In this document: piece by piece, positions 1 through 9,438 of the stretch
Layout: the number at the start of each line of letters is the position of its first letter
Numbering within the stretch: the stretch's first letter is position 1
From: an uncultured delta proteobacterium
GTDB lineage: Bacteria; Myxococcota_A; Polyangia; Polyangiales; Polyangiaceae
Reading direction: 5' to 3'
DNA: 64,000 nt
Assembly: GCA_963850305.1 (NCBI GenBank)
Contig: CAWKKR010000011.1
Location: forward strand, 352,001-416,000
Translations under genes and position numbers: made by a program
The notes under the pieces: model-generated
What the model saw: the letters and a program-made list of their open reading frames with translations, nothing else
Told to the model about the DNA's origin: nothing
Databases searched by the model: none

Positions 1-573
1 TATCCGGGCCTCGACGTCCTCGGCTCCCGCGAGAACCGTCGGATGCGCGCCGAGCACCTGATGGGAGCGGCCGTCGCGTAAGCTCACTGCCACCCCCACG
101 ACGCCCGCAGTCGAGGCCATCAGACGGGCCGCTTCGCGGGCGAGACTGCTCGTGTCCGCATCGCCCGGGATGACCAGGGTAATGAACACGCCCGCACCGG
201 CGCTCTGGAGGTCGAGGGCGCTGAGCGGCACCTCGAGGGGCAGCGTCCGGCGAACGGCCTCCGCGACGCGTGCCACCGCTTCCTCCTGGACGCGACATTC
301 TGGAATGTCCACGACGTCGTGGGAGCCCCGAGCGAACAGTCCAACCCGGTCGCCTGCGACGACGAGTTTTGCTCGCGCCCGATAGCCCACGATCGGGTCC
401 GCCGCCCGCGTGGATCCGACCGGGCAGGTTTGCAGCTCGACAAACCGAGCCGTCGCGGCTCGCACGAGATTCGCTTTCGAGACGAGCTGGTCGGCGTAGC
501 GACGCCCGATGAAGGGGCAGCCGGGGCATTCCGGAGTGTGGATGCAGCTTATGACCGCGTTGGCGTGATTCAC
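1..573 (-). CDS. 23S rRNA m5U methyltransferase, RlmD/RumA (TrmA) family; N-terminal part, runs off the window edge
   Basis: Not in the ORF track. Manual translation from GTG at 573 gives MNHANAVISCIHTPECPGCPFIGRRYADQL...GYRARAKL...GLFARGSHDVVDIPECRVQ, with the Fe-S-type Cx5CxxC motif and the GYR/SH..VDI..C motifs. The start overlaps the upstream stop (GTGA). Confidence 0.75.
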   Translation of the reverse strand, partial: MNHANAVISCIHTPECPGCPFIGRRYADQLVSKANLVRAATARFVELQTCPVGSTRAADPIVGYRARAKLVVAGDRVGLFARGSHDVVDIPECRVQEEAVARVAEAVRRTLPLEVPLSALDLQSAGAGVFITLVIPGDADTSSLAREAARLMASTAGVVGVAVSLRDGRSHQVLGAHPTVLAGAEDVEARI

Positions 574-1842
574 CGAAAGGGCCGCCCTTCTCGGGCATAG
601 GCTGCCGCTGAACGAAACAAGTTCGCGGCCATCAGGCTCGGTTCTTCCGCGGCACGGCGTTCGTACAACGACGCCACGGTGTCGCGAACCGTCTGGTTCC
701 CGGGCTGCGCTTCGAGTGCGTAGTCGGCCAGATGGCACGCAAGCACGAGATCCTCGGTGTCGGCGATCTGCCGCGCCCGCTGAGCGAGCGCTTCAACGCC
801 ACCCGAGAGCGCCGCTATTTCCCGCGCAACGGCTTCCCGCGAAGCGGGTTTCAAGTCGCTCGGCCGCCCACCGAACCAGCCTCCGTAGAAGCGAATGACG
901 TTGCGAACGATGAACTCGGGGTCATCGTACACGGGCGCGAGCCACGGAGAATTCGACTTCGGAATCTCGACGGCGCGCACGACGTCGACGTGCGGGGGCG
1001 AGCCGTTCTCCATCGCCCGGAGCGTCCGCGTGACGATCGCGTCCAGATAATCGGCGGTTTCGAGCAGCATCGTCTGAATCCGGTCTGGCTCGTTCACGAC
1101 CGGTCCGCCATGGCCGGGACAGAGCGATCGAGGACGGCACGCCGCCATGTCGCGAAGAGCTCGAGCCCATGCCCACGGGTAACGCTGGACCTTCTGGGGA
1201 TTGCCCGCATTCGGAACGGCCCAGATGAAGAGGTCGCCCGAGCAGAGGACGCCGCGTTCCGGGCAGAACACCCAGGTATGATCGTCGGTCTCGCCTTTCG
1301 CGTGGCGGAGTTCGAACCTGACACCGCCGACGACGAGCTCGAGCTCGTCGTCGTAGACCCGAATCCGGTGGGAGCACGGGTGGCCGAAATGTGTCGTAGC
1401 TCGAGTCGTTGCTCGCAGCTCGGACGGTTCCGCCGAACTGGCGAGCGTTGAGCGCCTGATTGTGACCTTCGGTGAGAGCGTAGCGCTCGAAACGGGCCAG
1501 CATGTTGCGGTGACCAACGATGCTCGGTCGCGCCTGATCGGGAACCAGGAATGCCTCGAGGCCGTAAGCGTGATCGATGTGGCCGTGAGTGTAGATTGCC
1601 GTGTGCACCGGCAAGGAGGTCTTCGTGCGGATGAGGCTGGCAATGCCCGGTCCGAGGCGCGCCATGCCCGCGTCCACGACCACGAGTCCATCGTCCGTCT
1701 CGAACGCGGTCGAGCCGCTGAAAATGGAGGCAAACCAGGTTCGCGGCGCCACCTCGACGGGGCCTCCGCTCCAGTAGAACTTTGCCTCTTCGGGGGACTT
1801 GCCGGCATATTCCTGGAATCGAAGGATGGGGTCGTTCGACAT
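570..1842 (-). pseudogene. Alkyl sulfatase-like MBL-fold hydrolase (SdsA1/BDS1 type) with dimerization domain, split by a 1-bp frameshift near 1362
   Basis: The N-half (ORF 922..1842) has THGHIDH. The C-half (ORF 570..1865) has GETDDH, GDLF, PNAGNPQKVQRY and PGHG. The junction reads CCG GAT T CGG GTC TAC, one extra base; this may be a sequencing error. Confidence 0.8.
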
Positions 1843-1921
1843 CTGGCTCCGTTAGAGTAAATCAACGTTGCTGGCGCCGCTCTGTTTGGCGCTTCGATGC
1901 TCCCGGGCTAGGCGATGCGGC

Positions 1922-2164
1922 GTGTTCTCCGTCGGAGCCGTCCTGTTACTCCTGTTTGCTCTGCTGTCGATCGCAGGACCGGGCACCGGGCTCGCGGGCT
2001 CACGCACGAAGCATGTGGCGCTCGGCGCTGGCGCGCTCACGGTGCTTGCGGTCGCGGTGTTGCCCCGCGTGGCCACGGATCTCGCGATCCCGTTGCTCGG
2101 ACTCCTCGCCGTTCAACACCTCAGCGGTCGAACCAAAGGGCGCTCCAGCCCCCCTGAACGGTGA
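1922..2164 (+). CDS. Possible small membrane protein
   Basis: Three hydrophobic stretches, GC-rich third codon positions, and it fills an intergenic gap. No family recognised. Confidence 0.3.
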   Translation: MFSVGAVLLLLFALLSIAGPGTGLAGSRTKHVALGAGALTVLAVAVLPRVATDLAIPLLGLLAVQHLSGRTKGRSSPPER

Positions 2165-2735
2165 TTGGCGTCCCGATGATGTGCGCCTCCCACGTTCCGA
2201 CGAATGCCTCTGGATTCGCCTGGTAGCTCCCCTTGATGGTGCCATCGAACGCGAAGCATTCGTTCGCCACGCATTGCACGTTTGCGGCATCCACCGACGT
2301 GACGTGGTAAGCGCCGTGCGTCATGTTCGTGGCGACTTCGCCGGCCTGACACTCGCCGGACGAGACGTCGCCCGCGTCTGCGCCCCCCGGACCGATATCT
2401 GCGGTGAACGAGGCGCCCGTGTTCGTCGACCCGCTGAGCTTGGCGTTGGGATCGAGCTTCAAGAATTCGCCGCTGGGCGTTTGAACCAAGGAGAACTGGA
2501 TCGATCCTGCGAAGGGAAAGTCGACCCCGCCGTCCCCCGAAAAGCTGACGACCGAACCGATGTAGTGGCCGGGCTTGCAGCCATCGACGAGGGGGATATC
2601 GAGAAAATCACTGCTGGCGTCTTTCGTCGCCGCAGACGACTTGGTCGCGACGATGTCCGGAGCCGCGGTACAGCCGACCAGAAGCGCCACGAGGCACTGG
2701 GCTCCGGCACGAACGAACGCGGTTCGCGATGTCAT
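2121..2735 (-). CDS. Hypothetical lipoprotein, beta-rich with paired Cys
   Basis: Signal peptide ending in LLVGC; last gene of the ECF/FecR cluster. Confidence 0.7.
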   Translation of the reverse strand: MTSRTAFVRAGAQCLVALLVGCTAAPDIVATKSSAATKDASSDFLDIPLVDGCKPGHYIGSVVSFSGDGGVDFPFAGSIQFSLVQTPSGEFLKLDPNAKLSGSTNTGASFTADIGPGGADAGDVSSGECQAGEVATNMTHGAYHVTSVDAANVQCVANECFAFDGTIKGSYQANPEAFVGTWEAHIIGTPITVQGGWSALWFDR

Positions 2736-2778
2736 CGGCACCTCGGCCAGTTTAGGCTGGAACCGCGCGCGTCACAAA

Positions 2779-4182
2779 TCAGGGCTCGCCGAGAGCCGCG
2801 CGACGCTTCTGCAGCGCTCCGGCCTCGAGACTCTGAGGATGCGCGGCCAGGAACTCGTCGATGGCCCGCGCTTCCTGCTTCGCATCGCCGAGTTTTCGAT
2901 AGGCCGCAACCTGCGCGAGGCGTGCCTCGACGTCGAGAGGACCGCTCGCGACGAGATACGCGTCGAGGTCATTGAGCGCCGTCGCCGGCTGATCGAGACG
3001 CTCGATCTCGAGTCGCGCCAGGGGCACCAGCACCGTGTGCGCCTCGGGTGAAGCCGGCAACGAGATCACGATCCGTCTATACGCCGAGGCCGCATCGCTC
3101 CATCTTTGTTCGCGAAGCGCCTGCCGCGCGACCGCGAGCAACTCCTCCGCGCTGGGCGTAATCGGCGCGGCCACCGGCGCCAGCGTATCTGCCCGGCCCT
3201 TGCCCGGCGAAGGCTTGTGGGAGCGCGCCGAGGACACCGTGGATGGCGCGTCGTCGGGCGACGGCTCGACTTTCGGCGCCGCGGGCGGTGGAGTCTCGGC
3301 CGGCAACGGCAAGGCTTCGATGGAGCGCTGTGCCACGGTCGCGAGTGCGGCCCATTCCGGCGTCTCCGTACGTGCGTGATCCTCGAGCGGCGTGATGCTC
3401 ACGGACCCGTTCGCAACGAGGCCAATCTTGTGCGCCTGGACGACGTCGGCGCCGCGCTCCCGTCCCACCGCGACTCTTCCTTCGTGGACGATCGTCTCGA
3501 CAGTGCCGCCGGGCTCGAGCGTGACGGTGAATGCCGTGCCCACCGCGGTCGACCACGTCCCGTTCGCGACGACGGAAAACCGTTGCCCGGGGGGGAGCGG
3601 GAACAATGCAACCGCCACGCTGCCCTCCAGCAAATCCACGTGACGTTCCCCGGCTCCCAGCTTCGACAGGCGGAGGCGTGCGCCGCCTGCGAGACACGCG
3701 TGAATCCGTGGTTCCATCGCGACACAGACGGGGCCGCCGACCGCGTCGATCTCCGCACCCATCGCGACGTGAGCTCCGTTCGCAACGGACCTTCCCGCGA
3801 CCCGAGCACCCGCCGCGACGTACTCGACGACCCCCGAGGCGACTGGCGTGACCGGCTTTGGCCGTGACGCGAACAGCGCGACTGCTGCAGCCGCCGCAAG
3901 AACTCCAATGGGGGACCACACCCACCACGAGCGCGACGCTTTCACGGGCGCCCGACGAGATTCGGCGACCGCGCGCACGGCCGCATCTGCGAGCCTGCGA
4001 TTGCCGAGCTCGTCGGACGACGATCCGAGAGACGAAAATTCCTCCCAGAGCCCGAGCTCCGCCGACGCGCGCGGATCGGTCTCGGCGAAGCTCGCCAAGA
4101 ATGCTCGCTCCGATTCGCTCAGCGCATCTCCGACCGCCTCACGATCGGCAACGTCGAGCCAGCGCTCGTAATCGCCCGTCAC
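2779..4182 (-). CDS. FecR-domain anti-sigma factor with C-terminal TPR-like helices
   Basis: N-terminal helical domain, one TM segment, FecR-like motifs (LLEGSV, AVGTAFTV, VHEGRVAV), a Pro-rich linker and a TPR-like C-terminus. Overlaps the ECF stop codon. Confidence 0.8.
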   Translation of the reverse strand: MTGDYERWLDVADREAVGDALSESERAFLASFAETDPRASAELGLWEEFSSLGSSSDELGNRRLADAAVRAVAESRRAPVKASRSWWVWSPIGVLAAAAAVALFASRPKPVTPVASGVVEYVAAGARVAGRSVANGAHVAMGAEIDAVGGPVCVAMEPRIHACLAGGARLRLSKLGAGERHVDLLEGSVAVALFPLPPGQRFSVVANGTWSTAVGTAFTVTLEPGGTVETIVHEGRVAVGRERGADVVQAHKIGLVANGSVSITPLEDHARTETPEWAALATVAQRSIEALPLPAETPPPAAPKVEPSPDDAPSTVSSARSHKPSPGKGRADTLAPVAAPITPSAEELLAVARQALREQRWSDAASAYRRIVISLPASPEAHTVLVPLARLEIERLDQPATALNDLDAYLVASGPLDVEARLAQVAAYRKLGDAKQEARAIDEFLAAHPQSLEAGALQKRRAALGEP

Positions 4183-4844
4183 GTGCGCGATCCTTTCCCG
4201 CGCCCGCCGAGCGTCAGGTCGCGCTGAATCAATCGCCGCAGGCTGCGACGAGCCGTCACGAGACGATCTTTGACGGTGCCGACCGGAACTGCCGTGAGCT
4301 CCGCAATCTCATCGACGGTGTATCCGAGAGAATGCTTCATGACGAGCGCCTCCCGCTGGACCTCAGGCAGGACCTGCAAATACTCTTCGAGCGACCGGGG
4401 TGTCTCCGCCCGCACCTCGTCCGCAGGATCGCGATCCGCCGATTTCGGTTCGATCGCTTCGTCTTCGTCGAGCGAATCCACGATCTGGGTGCGCCGTCGC
4501 TCGTCGCGGGCGTGCCGTAGCGTGATCCGCGCCGTGATGCGATCCGCCCAGCGCTCGAGCGACGAACGCCCGGCATAAGTGCGAGCCGATTGGAGAATCT
4601 CCACCAGGGCCACCTGAGAGGCATCTTCCGCGAGCGCCTCGTTTCGAACGATTGCCCGGCTCACCCGTCGAACTCGTCCCGCCAGTCGCAGCGCCACCGT
4701 ATTCATCGCATTCGCATTTCCGGAGGCTACGAGGGTCATGAGCGCAAGGTCTGCCTGCCAGGAGAGAGTGGAAGGCGGCTCCCTGTCCTCCGAGTGGAGC
4801 GGTGCGTCGCGCCTGGTCGGATCTTTCTGGTCGGTCACGGCCAA
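4179..4844 (-). CDS. ECF RNA polymerase sigma-70 factor
   Basis: Region 2 AEDASQVAL...SLERW and region 4 LPEVQREAL...EIAELTAVPVGTVKDRL. Confidence 0.9.
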   Translation of the reverse strand: MAVTDQKDPTRRDAPLHSEDREPPSTLSWQADLALMTLVASGNANAMNTVALRLAGRVRRVSRAIVRNEALAEDASQVALVEILQSARTYAGRSSLERWADRITARITLRHARDERRRTQIVDSLDEDEAIEPKSADRDPADEVRAETPRSLEEYLQVLPEVQREALVMKHSLGYTVDEIAELTAVPVGTVKDRLVTARRSLRRLIQRDLTLGGRGKGSRT

Positions 4845-5900
4845 AAGAAGCAGCCGACCTCGATGGCCGGCCGAACCTCTCGAAGTGCGAGGAGCACGTG
4901 ATCGCCGCCATCCCCGCGACTCACATAGGAAAAATCGTTGATCGCCACGTCGGCTCCCCCCATCACATATACTTCCGACACACTCGACAGGGTGTATCCG
5001 AGCCGGACGCGCGGGGAGAGGAAAACCAGCGCGCGCGTGTCGTTGCCCACCCCGTCGTAGGGAGGCTCGGCCGCGACATCCTCACGGCGAAGCACGTCGA
5101 TCATCCCACGAAGCTCGACGGACGGCGTGACCCGCCCGCGTCCGAAGCTATACCCGATATCGATATCCACCGGATGGCGTGCGACCTGAAAGGCCAGACC
5201 GACCTCATTCAGGAGACTCGCGCCATAAAGAACGTACCCCACGCCAGCGTAAAGCCCAATCGGCGAGCGGTACGCGGCAGCGAGCCGGACACCACTCTGC
5301 CAGCCGATCTGGACCGAAGGAGAATCTCCGGCGTACGCGGCGCCGAGAGCCAATCCACGGGGGCGCACGAACGCGGGCGGCCGAGGCATCGGGATGGGTT
5401 CCCTCGCGATCCCAGGAACCCCGAGCGTGGGCTCCGGCGGAAGCGCCACGGGACGCATTCCGATGGTCTCTCCGGAGACCAGGGCCTCGGAGGATTGTCG
5501 CGTGATCACCGAGACGGCCTCGATGGCGGCATCGCTCCCGCCGGACTCGACGGTGACGCGCCGGACCAGCACGCGGTCGGCGCTTCGCTCGGTGAGATAC
5601 ACGAGCCAGTCGCGATCCGTGGCGGTGTCCAGCCAGAAGACACCGAGCGCATCATGAGCCGACGCGAGGGACCTCGCCTCGGACGCCTGCGCCCTCAGCG
5701 GCAACCCGTCGGCAGAGAAGCGCTCGAAGTGCACCTCGATGGAACGTTCCGGCCAGCTGAGCCGTGAGCGCGTCACGCAGCGATGTCTCCACGGCATCCG
5801 AGTGCGGCGACACGAACACGATGGTGTGCGTCGGGAGATCAGGCGCAGCTCCGGCGAGGATCGTGAACATGAGCCACGCGATCGCCGTGAGCGATGTCAC
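4835..5900 (-). pseudogene. Exported protein with a C-terminal beta-barrel-like domain, split by a 1-bp frameshift near 5744
   Basis: The signal-peptide part (MTSLTAIAWLMFTILAGA, frame of ORF 5652..6026) joins ORF 4835..5797 at GGA ACG T TCC ATC GAG. The C-terminus has alternating aromatic/Gly beta strands. Confidence 0.6.
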
Positions 5901-6073
5901 GACGACCCGCTTTACCCGCCTTCTTGCTCGCGTCCGAATTCGCCGATCTATGGCACGATCGGGAAAATTTCCGACCGATTCTCCATCCACCGGCCCCAAC
6001 CGGGGGGACGCCGCGTTTGCGCGCATCCGTCGCTGAGCAGGCCCACATACGAGCCCACGGCCAGGTGATTACC

Positions 6074-6418
6074 ATGCGTTTAGAATCTGTAGGAACGATA
6101 CTCGCCGAGCGGATATTGGAGCTGGATGACACGAGCGGTCGACGCCTCGTCACCGTGTTAATCGGGTTGCCACGGAACATTCCCGGTGCGCTCGATTTCT
6201 TCTGCCCCTACCAGGTCCTCGGCCTCGGAGACTGTGCCGTTCGCTACGCGGAGGGCGTCGATGGCGCACAGGCCGTGTATCTCGCGATGGAGGCGCTCGG
6301 GGCACTTCTCGCGGCAACACCGGAAGCGCGCTCCGGAAGCCTCACGTGGTACGGCGAGCGCACCCTCGGCTTCCCCATCCGCGATCAGCGACCGCAGCTC
6401 CGGCTCGTCGCCACGTGA
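6074..6418 (+). CDS. DUF6968-like small protein
   Basis: The pattern IAER.L...V.IG.P...CPYQ..G...GVD..QA..LA...L.W.G...LGFP matches the family as I recall it. Confidence 0.7.
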   Translation: MRLESVGTILAERILELDDTSGRRLVTVLIGLPRNIPGALDFFCPYQVLGLGDCAVRYAEGVDGAQAVYLAMEALGALLAATPEARSGSLTWYGERTLGFPIRDQRPQLRLVAT

Positions 6419-6435
6419 CGTCGAGCCGCGTCCCG

Positions 6436-8007
6436 CTACTCTGACGAGAGTACGACGTATTCCACGGCCTCGACGAGCGCGCGCCAGCTCGCTTCGATCA
6501 CGTTTTCGCTGACACCAACCGTTCCGAAACGGCGCTGTTCGAGACGGTGCTCGATGAGCACGAGCACCTTGGCCGCGGTGCCATCCGTCGAGTTCACGAC
6601 ACGCACGCGGTAATCCGTGAGCTGAATGCGACCGAGCACGGGAAACGCGGGCGTGAGCGCTTGCATCAGCGCGTGATTCAAGGCGTCGACGGGGCCATTC
6701 CCCTCGGCCACGCACAGCCGAGCCTCGCCGTGAACGGTGAGCTTCACGGTCGCCTCGACCAGATCCTTCGCATCGCTCGCGGTGCCGATCCCGTGAACAC
6801 GGTAATACTGGAGTTCGAACGCGGCACGCCAGGTACCGAGATGGCGCCGCACCAGAAGATCGAAGCTGCCATCCGCCGATTCGAACGAGTACCCCTCGTT
6901 TTCCCGAGCGACGACCTCGCTCAGGATCGCGGAGACGATCTTGTCGTCGGTGAGCTGCGGATGGGTTCGCTGGAGCTTTGCGATCACGGTGCTCCGACCG
7001 GCGAGCTCGCTCACCAGGATGCGACGCGTGTTGCCCACCGACTCCGGCGGCACATGCTCGTACGTCTTCTCGTTGCGCTGCATCGCGCTCACGTGGATTC
7101 CGCCCTTGTGCGCGAACGCCGCGGGCCCGACGTAAGGCTGATTCACGGGGCCCACCGTGTTCAAGCGCTCCCAGACCGTCCGGCTGAGCTCCGTCAGGTG
7201 CGCGAGATGTCCCGGAGGCAGACAGCGAAACCCGAGCTTCAGCTCGAGGTTGGCGATCACCTGCGTCAGATCGACGTTCCCGGCGCGCTCGCCGAGACCG
7301 TTGATGGTGCCCTGCACCTGGATGCAGCCGCTCTCGATGCCGGCAAGTGAATTGGCCACCGCCAGGCCCGCGTCGTTGTGCACGTGAATCCCGAACTTCG
7401 CGTCGGGAAACCGCTCTCGCACCGCCCGGACCCCCGCTGAAATCTGCGCCGGCAATGACCCGCCGTTGGTGTCACAGAGCACGATGCGCTCCGCGCCCGA
7501 CTCCACCGCCGCGCGGATCGTCTCCAGTGCGTAGTCGCGATTTGCTCGGAGGCCGTCGAAGAAGTGCTCGGCGTCGTAAAACACCGGCTTCCCGGTGCTC
7601 TGCCGCAGAAACGCGATCGAGTCGCGGATCATCGCGAGATTTTCGTCGAGGGAGATGCGCAGCGCGTCCGTGACGTGAAGATCCCAGGTCTTCCCGACGA
7701 TGCACGTGACGTCGGCGTGGCTCAGCACGAGCTCGCGCAGGTTCACGTCGTCGGCCGCGGAGGAACGGGCGTGTCGCGTGGAACCGAATGCCACGATCTT
7801 CGCGTGAATCAGCGGGAACTCGCGAACCTGCTGAAAGTAGGCTGCGTCCTTGGGGTTCGACCCCGGCCACCCTCCTTCGATGTAGGAGACGCCGAAAGCG
7901 TCGAGGGCACGCGTCAGAAACAGCTTGTCCGCGAGACCAAGCGTGACGCCCAGGCCTTGCGTGCCGTCGCGCAGCGTCGTGTCGTAGATCTCGACGAAAG
8001 GAGTCAT
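6436..8007 (-). CDS. cimA: Citramalate synthase (alpha-IPM synthase family)
   Basis: Motifs YDTTLRDGTQG, IEGGWPGSNPKD, YDAEHFFDG, HVHND, FAHKGGIH, plus a LeuA-type regulatory domain (GNGPVDAL). Confidence 0.92.
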   Translation of the reverse strand: MTPFVEIYDTTLRDGTQGLGVTLGLADKLFLTRALDAFGVSYIEGGWPGSNPKDAAYFQQVREFPLIHAKIVAFGSTRHARSSAADDVNLRELVLSHADVTCIVGKTWDLHVTDALRISLDENLAMIRDSIAFLRQSTGKPVFYDAEHFFDGLRANRDYALETIRAAVESGAERIVLCDTNGGSLPAQISAGVRAVRERFPDAKFGIHVHNDAGLAVANSLAGIESGCIQVQGTINGLGERAGNVDLTQVIANLELKLGFRCLPPGHLAHLTELSRTVWERLNTVGPVNQPYVGPAAFAHKGGIHVSAMQRNEKTYEHVPPESVGNTRRILVSELAGRSTVIAKLQRTHPQLTDDKIVSAILSEVVARENEGYSFESADGSFDLLVRRHLGTWRAAFELQYYRVHGIGTASDAKDLVEATVKLTVHGEARLCVAEGNGPVDALNHALMQALTPAFPVLGRIQLTDYRVRVVNSTDGTAAKVLVLIEHRLEQRRFGTVGVSENVIEASWRALVEAVEYVVLSSE

Positions 8008-8135
8008 CCGCTTCGAACCCCCATACCCCGAGACCGCCCGAGCGGCGAGGTCCGATTTACCGAAAGGCGGTGCAATCAGGGCATTTTCCAGCGGTTTTTA
8101 CGCCCGGCACCGCATGAGGTAAGCTCACGTTCGCC

Positions 8136-9167
8136 GTGCGACTCGCCTCGCTCCGCCTGGTCGGTGTTCCTCCGTTCCGGGATGTGACCATCCCCTTCGG
8201 AAACGAGGACGGAACGGCGCGCGCCCTCACCGTCCTCTACGGCGGCGGTGGCGTCGGCAAAACCACCGTCCTTCACGCCATCGCGTGCACGCGCCCTGGT
8301 TACGCCGTCGTGCTCGGCGGGCAAAGCGCTCCCGATGCGTTCGTGGCGGCGGAGTGGCTCCTCGGCGCGGACGACCCGGATCGACCTCACCCACTCGGCA
8401 TCGCGACACCCACCGCGAGATTTGCCGTCGACGAACACGAGGAGATGTTGCGCCGGCGCCAGCAGGCTCATTTCGATCGCGTCGCGAAGGACGGCGGCTT
8501 CGTGGCCGTGACGATCCCGAGCACCCGCTGGTTCTCGCGTCAGCCCCTCGCGCTCAGCGCTCCCGCGCGCACGCTCGCGAAATACGACGTACGCGCTCCG
8601 GCAGTCCTCGAAGACGCGTCGCGCACCGATCTCACGCGCGAGACCAAGCAATCCCTCGCCTACGCTGCCATCACCGCGGCCCTGGCGCACGATCGAGCCT
8701 CGTCCTTCGCACGCCTGGGCGCGGCGATGACGCGCGTGGTGGACGCACTCGTGACGCTCGCCGGGTTCTCGTACGCCGGGATCGATCCGGCATCCTTCGA
8801 ACCGACCTTTCGCGCGGACGACGGCGCGCTCCTCCCGTTCGACGCGTTGCCCACACGCGCTCGACACCTCGTAGCGTTCGGGGCGATTCCGCTCAGGAAC
8901 TTGTGGGCCGCGTATCCGGAGACCGAGCCGCTCGAGCTCGAGGGCGTGGTGTGCATCGACGAAGTCGAGCTTCAGCAAGACGCCGTCGTACAGGCCCACC
9001 TGCTCGCGACCCTCCGTGAAGTGCTGCCGCGCGTGCAATGGATCGTCACCACGACATCGCCCATCGTCGCGTCGAGCGCCGACGCTCACGAGGTCCACGC
9101 CCTCCGCCGCCTGCCCCGTGCCGACAGCGTCGAATTGTTCTCGGGCCCCGAAGCCCGCACCCACTGA
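8136..9167 (+). CDS. Stand-alone ABC/AAA_21-type ATPase with degenerate motifs
   Basis: N-terminal strand MRLASLRL, Walker A GGGGVGKTT, Walker B VCIDEVE, and QWIVTTTSP. Confidence 0.8.
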   Translation: MRLASLRLVGVPPFRDVTIPFGNEDGTARALTVLYGGGGVGKTTVLHAIACTRPGYAVVLGGQSAPDAFVAAEWLLGADDPDRPHPLGIATPTARFAVDEHEEMLRRRQQAHFDRVAKDGGFVAVTIPSTRWFSRQPLALSAPARTLAKYDVRAPAVLEDASRTDLTRETKQSLAYAAITAALAHDRASSFARLGAAMTRVVDALVTLAGFSYAGIDPASFEPTFRADDGALLPFDALPTRARHLVAFGAIPLRNLWAAYPETEPLELEGVVCIDEVELQQDAVVQAHLLATLREVLPRVQWIVTTTSPIVASSADAHEVHALRRLPRADSVELFSGPEARTH

Positions 9168-9262
9168 GCAGCGCCGCCTCGCGAGTGCGCCCTTGCGCAA
9201 GGGTCTGCGCGTCGCCGCGCCCACACCGACGAGTCCCGTTCACCTTGCCCGTCGAAAAAGAC

Positions 9263-9294
9263 CGGCCGGGAGATGCCCGAGGCATTCCCGGCCG
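9263..9294. terminator. GC-rich hairpin between convergent genes
   Basis: cggccggga-gatgcc-cga-ggcat-tcccggccg. Confidence 0.45.
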
Positions 9295-9311
9295 AAGCTA
9301 GCGCCAACCAA

Positions 9312-9434
9312 GCCAAGGCCCCATTGCGAAGACCGTGGGGTCAGCTCGGCGGGTGAGGCGCGCAGGCGTACGAATGTACGCCGAGCACCGAGAGCGCCGA
9401 GATGGCCCCACGCTCGAAGCAAGGGGTCCTTGGC
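9312..9434. repeat. Long imperfect-hairpin repeat element, copy 1 (GCGTAC-N4-GTACGC apex)
   Basis: Nested inverted repeats, with similarity to the copies at 24712-24967. Confidence 0.85.
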
Positions 9435-9438
9435 AACG

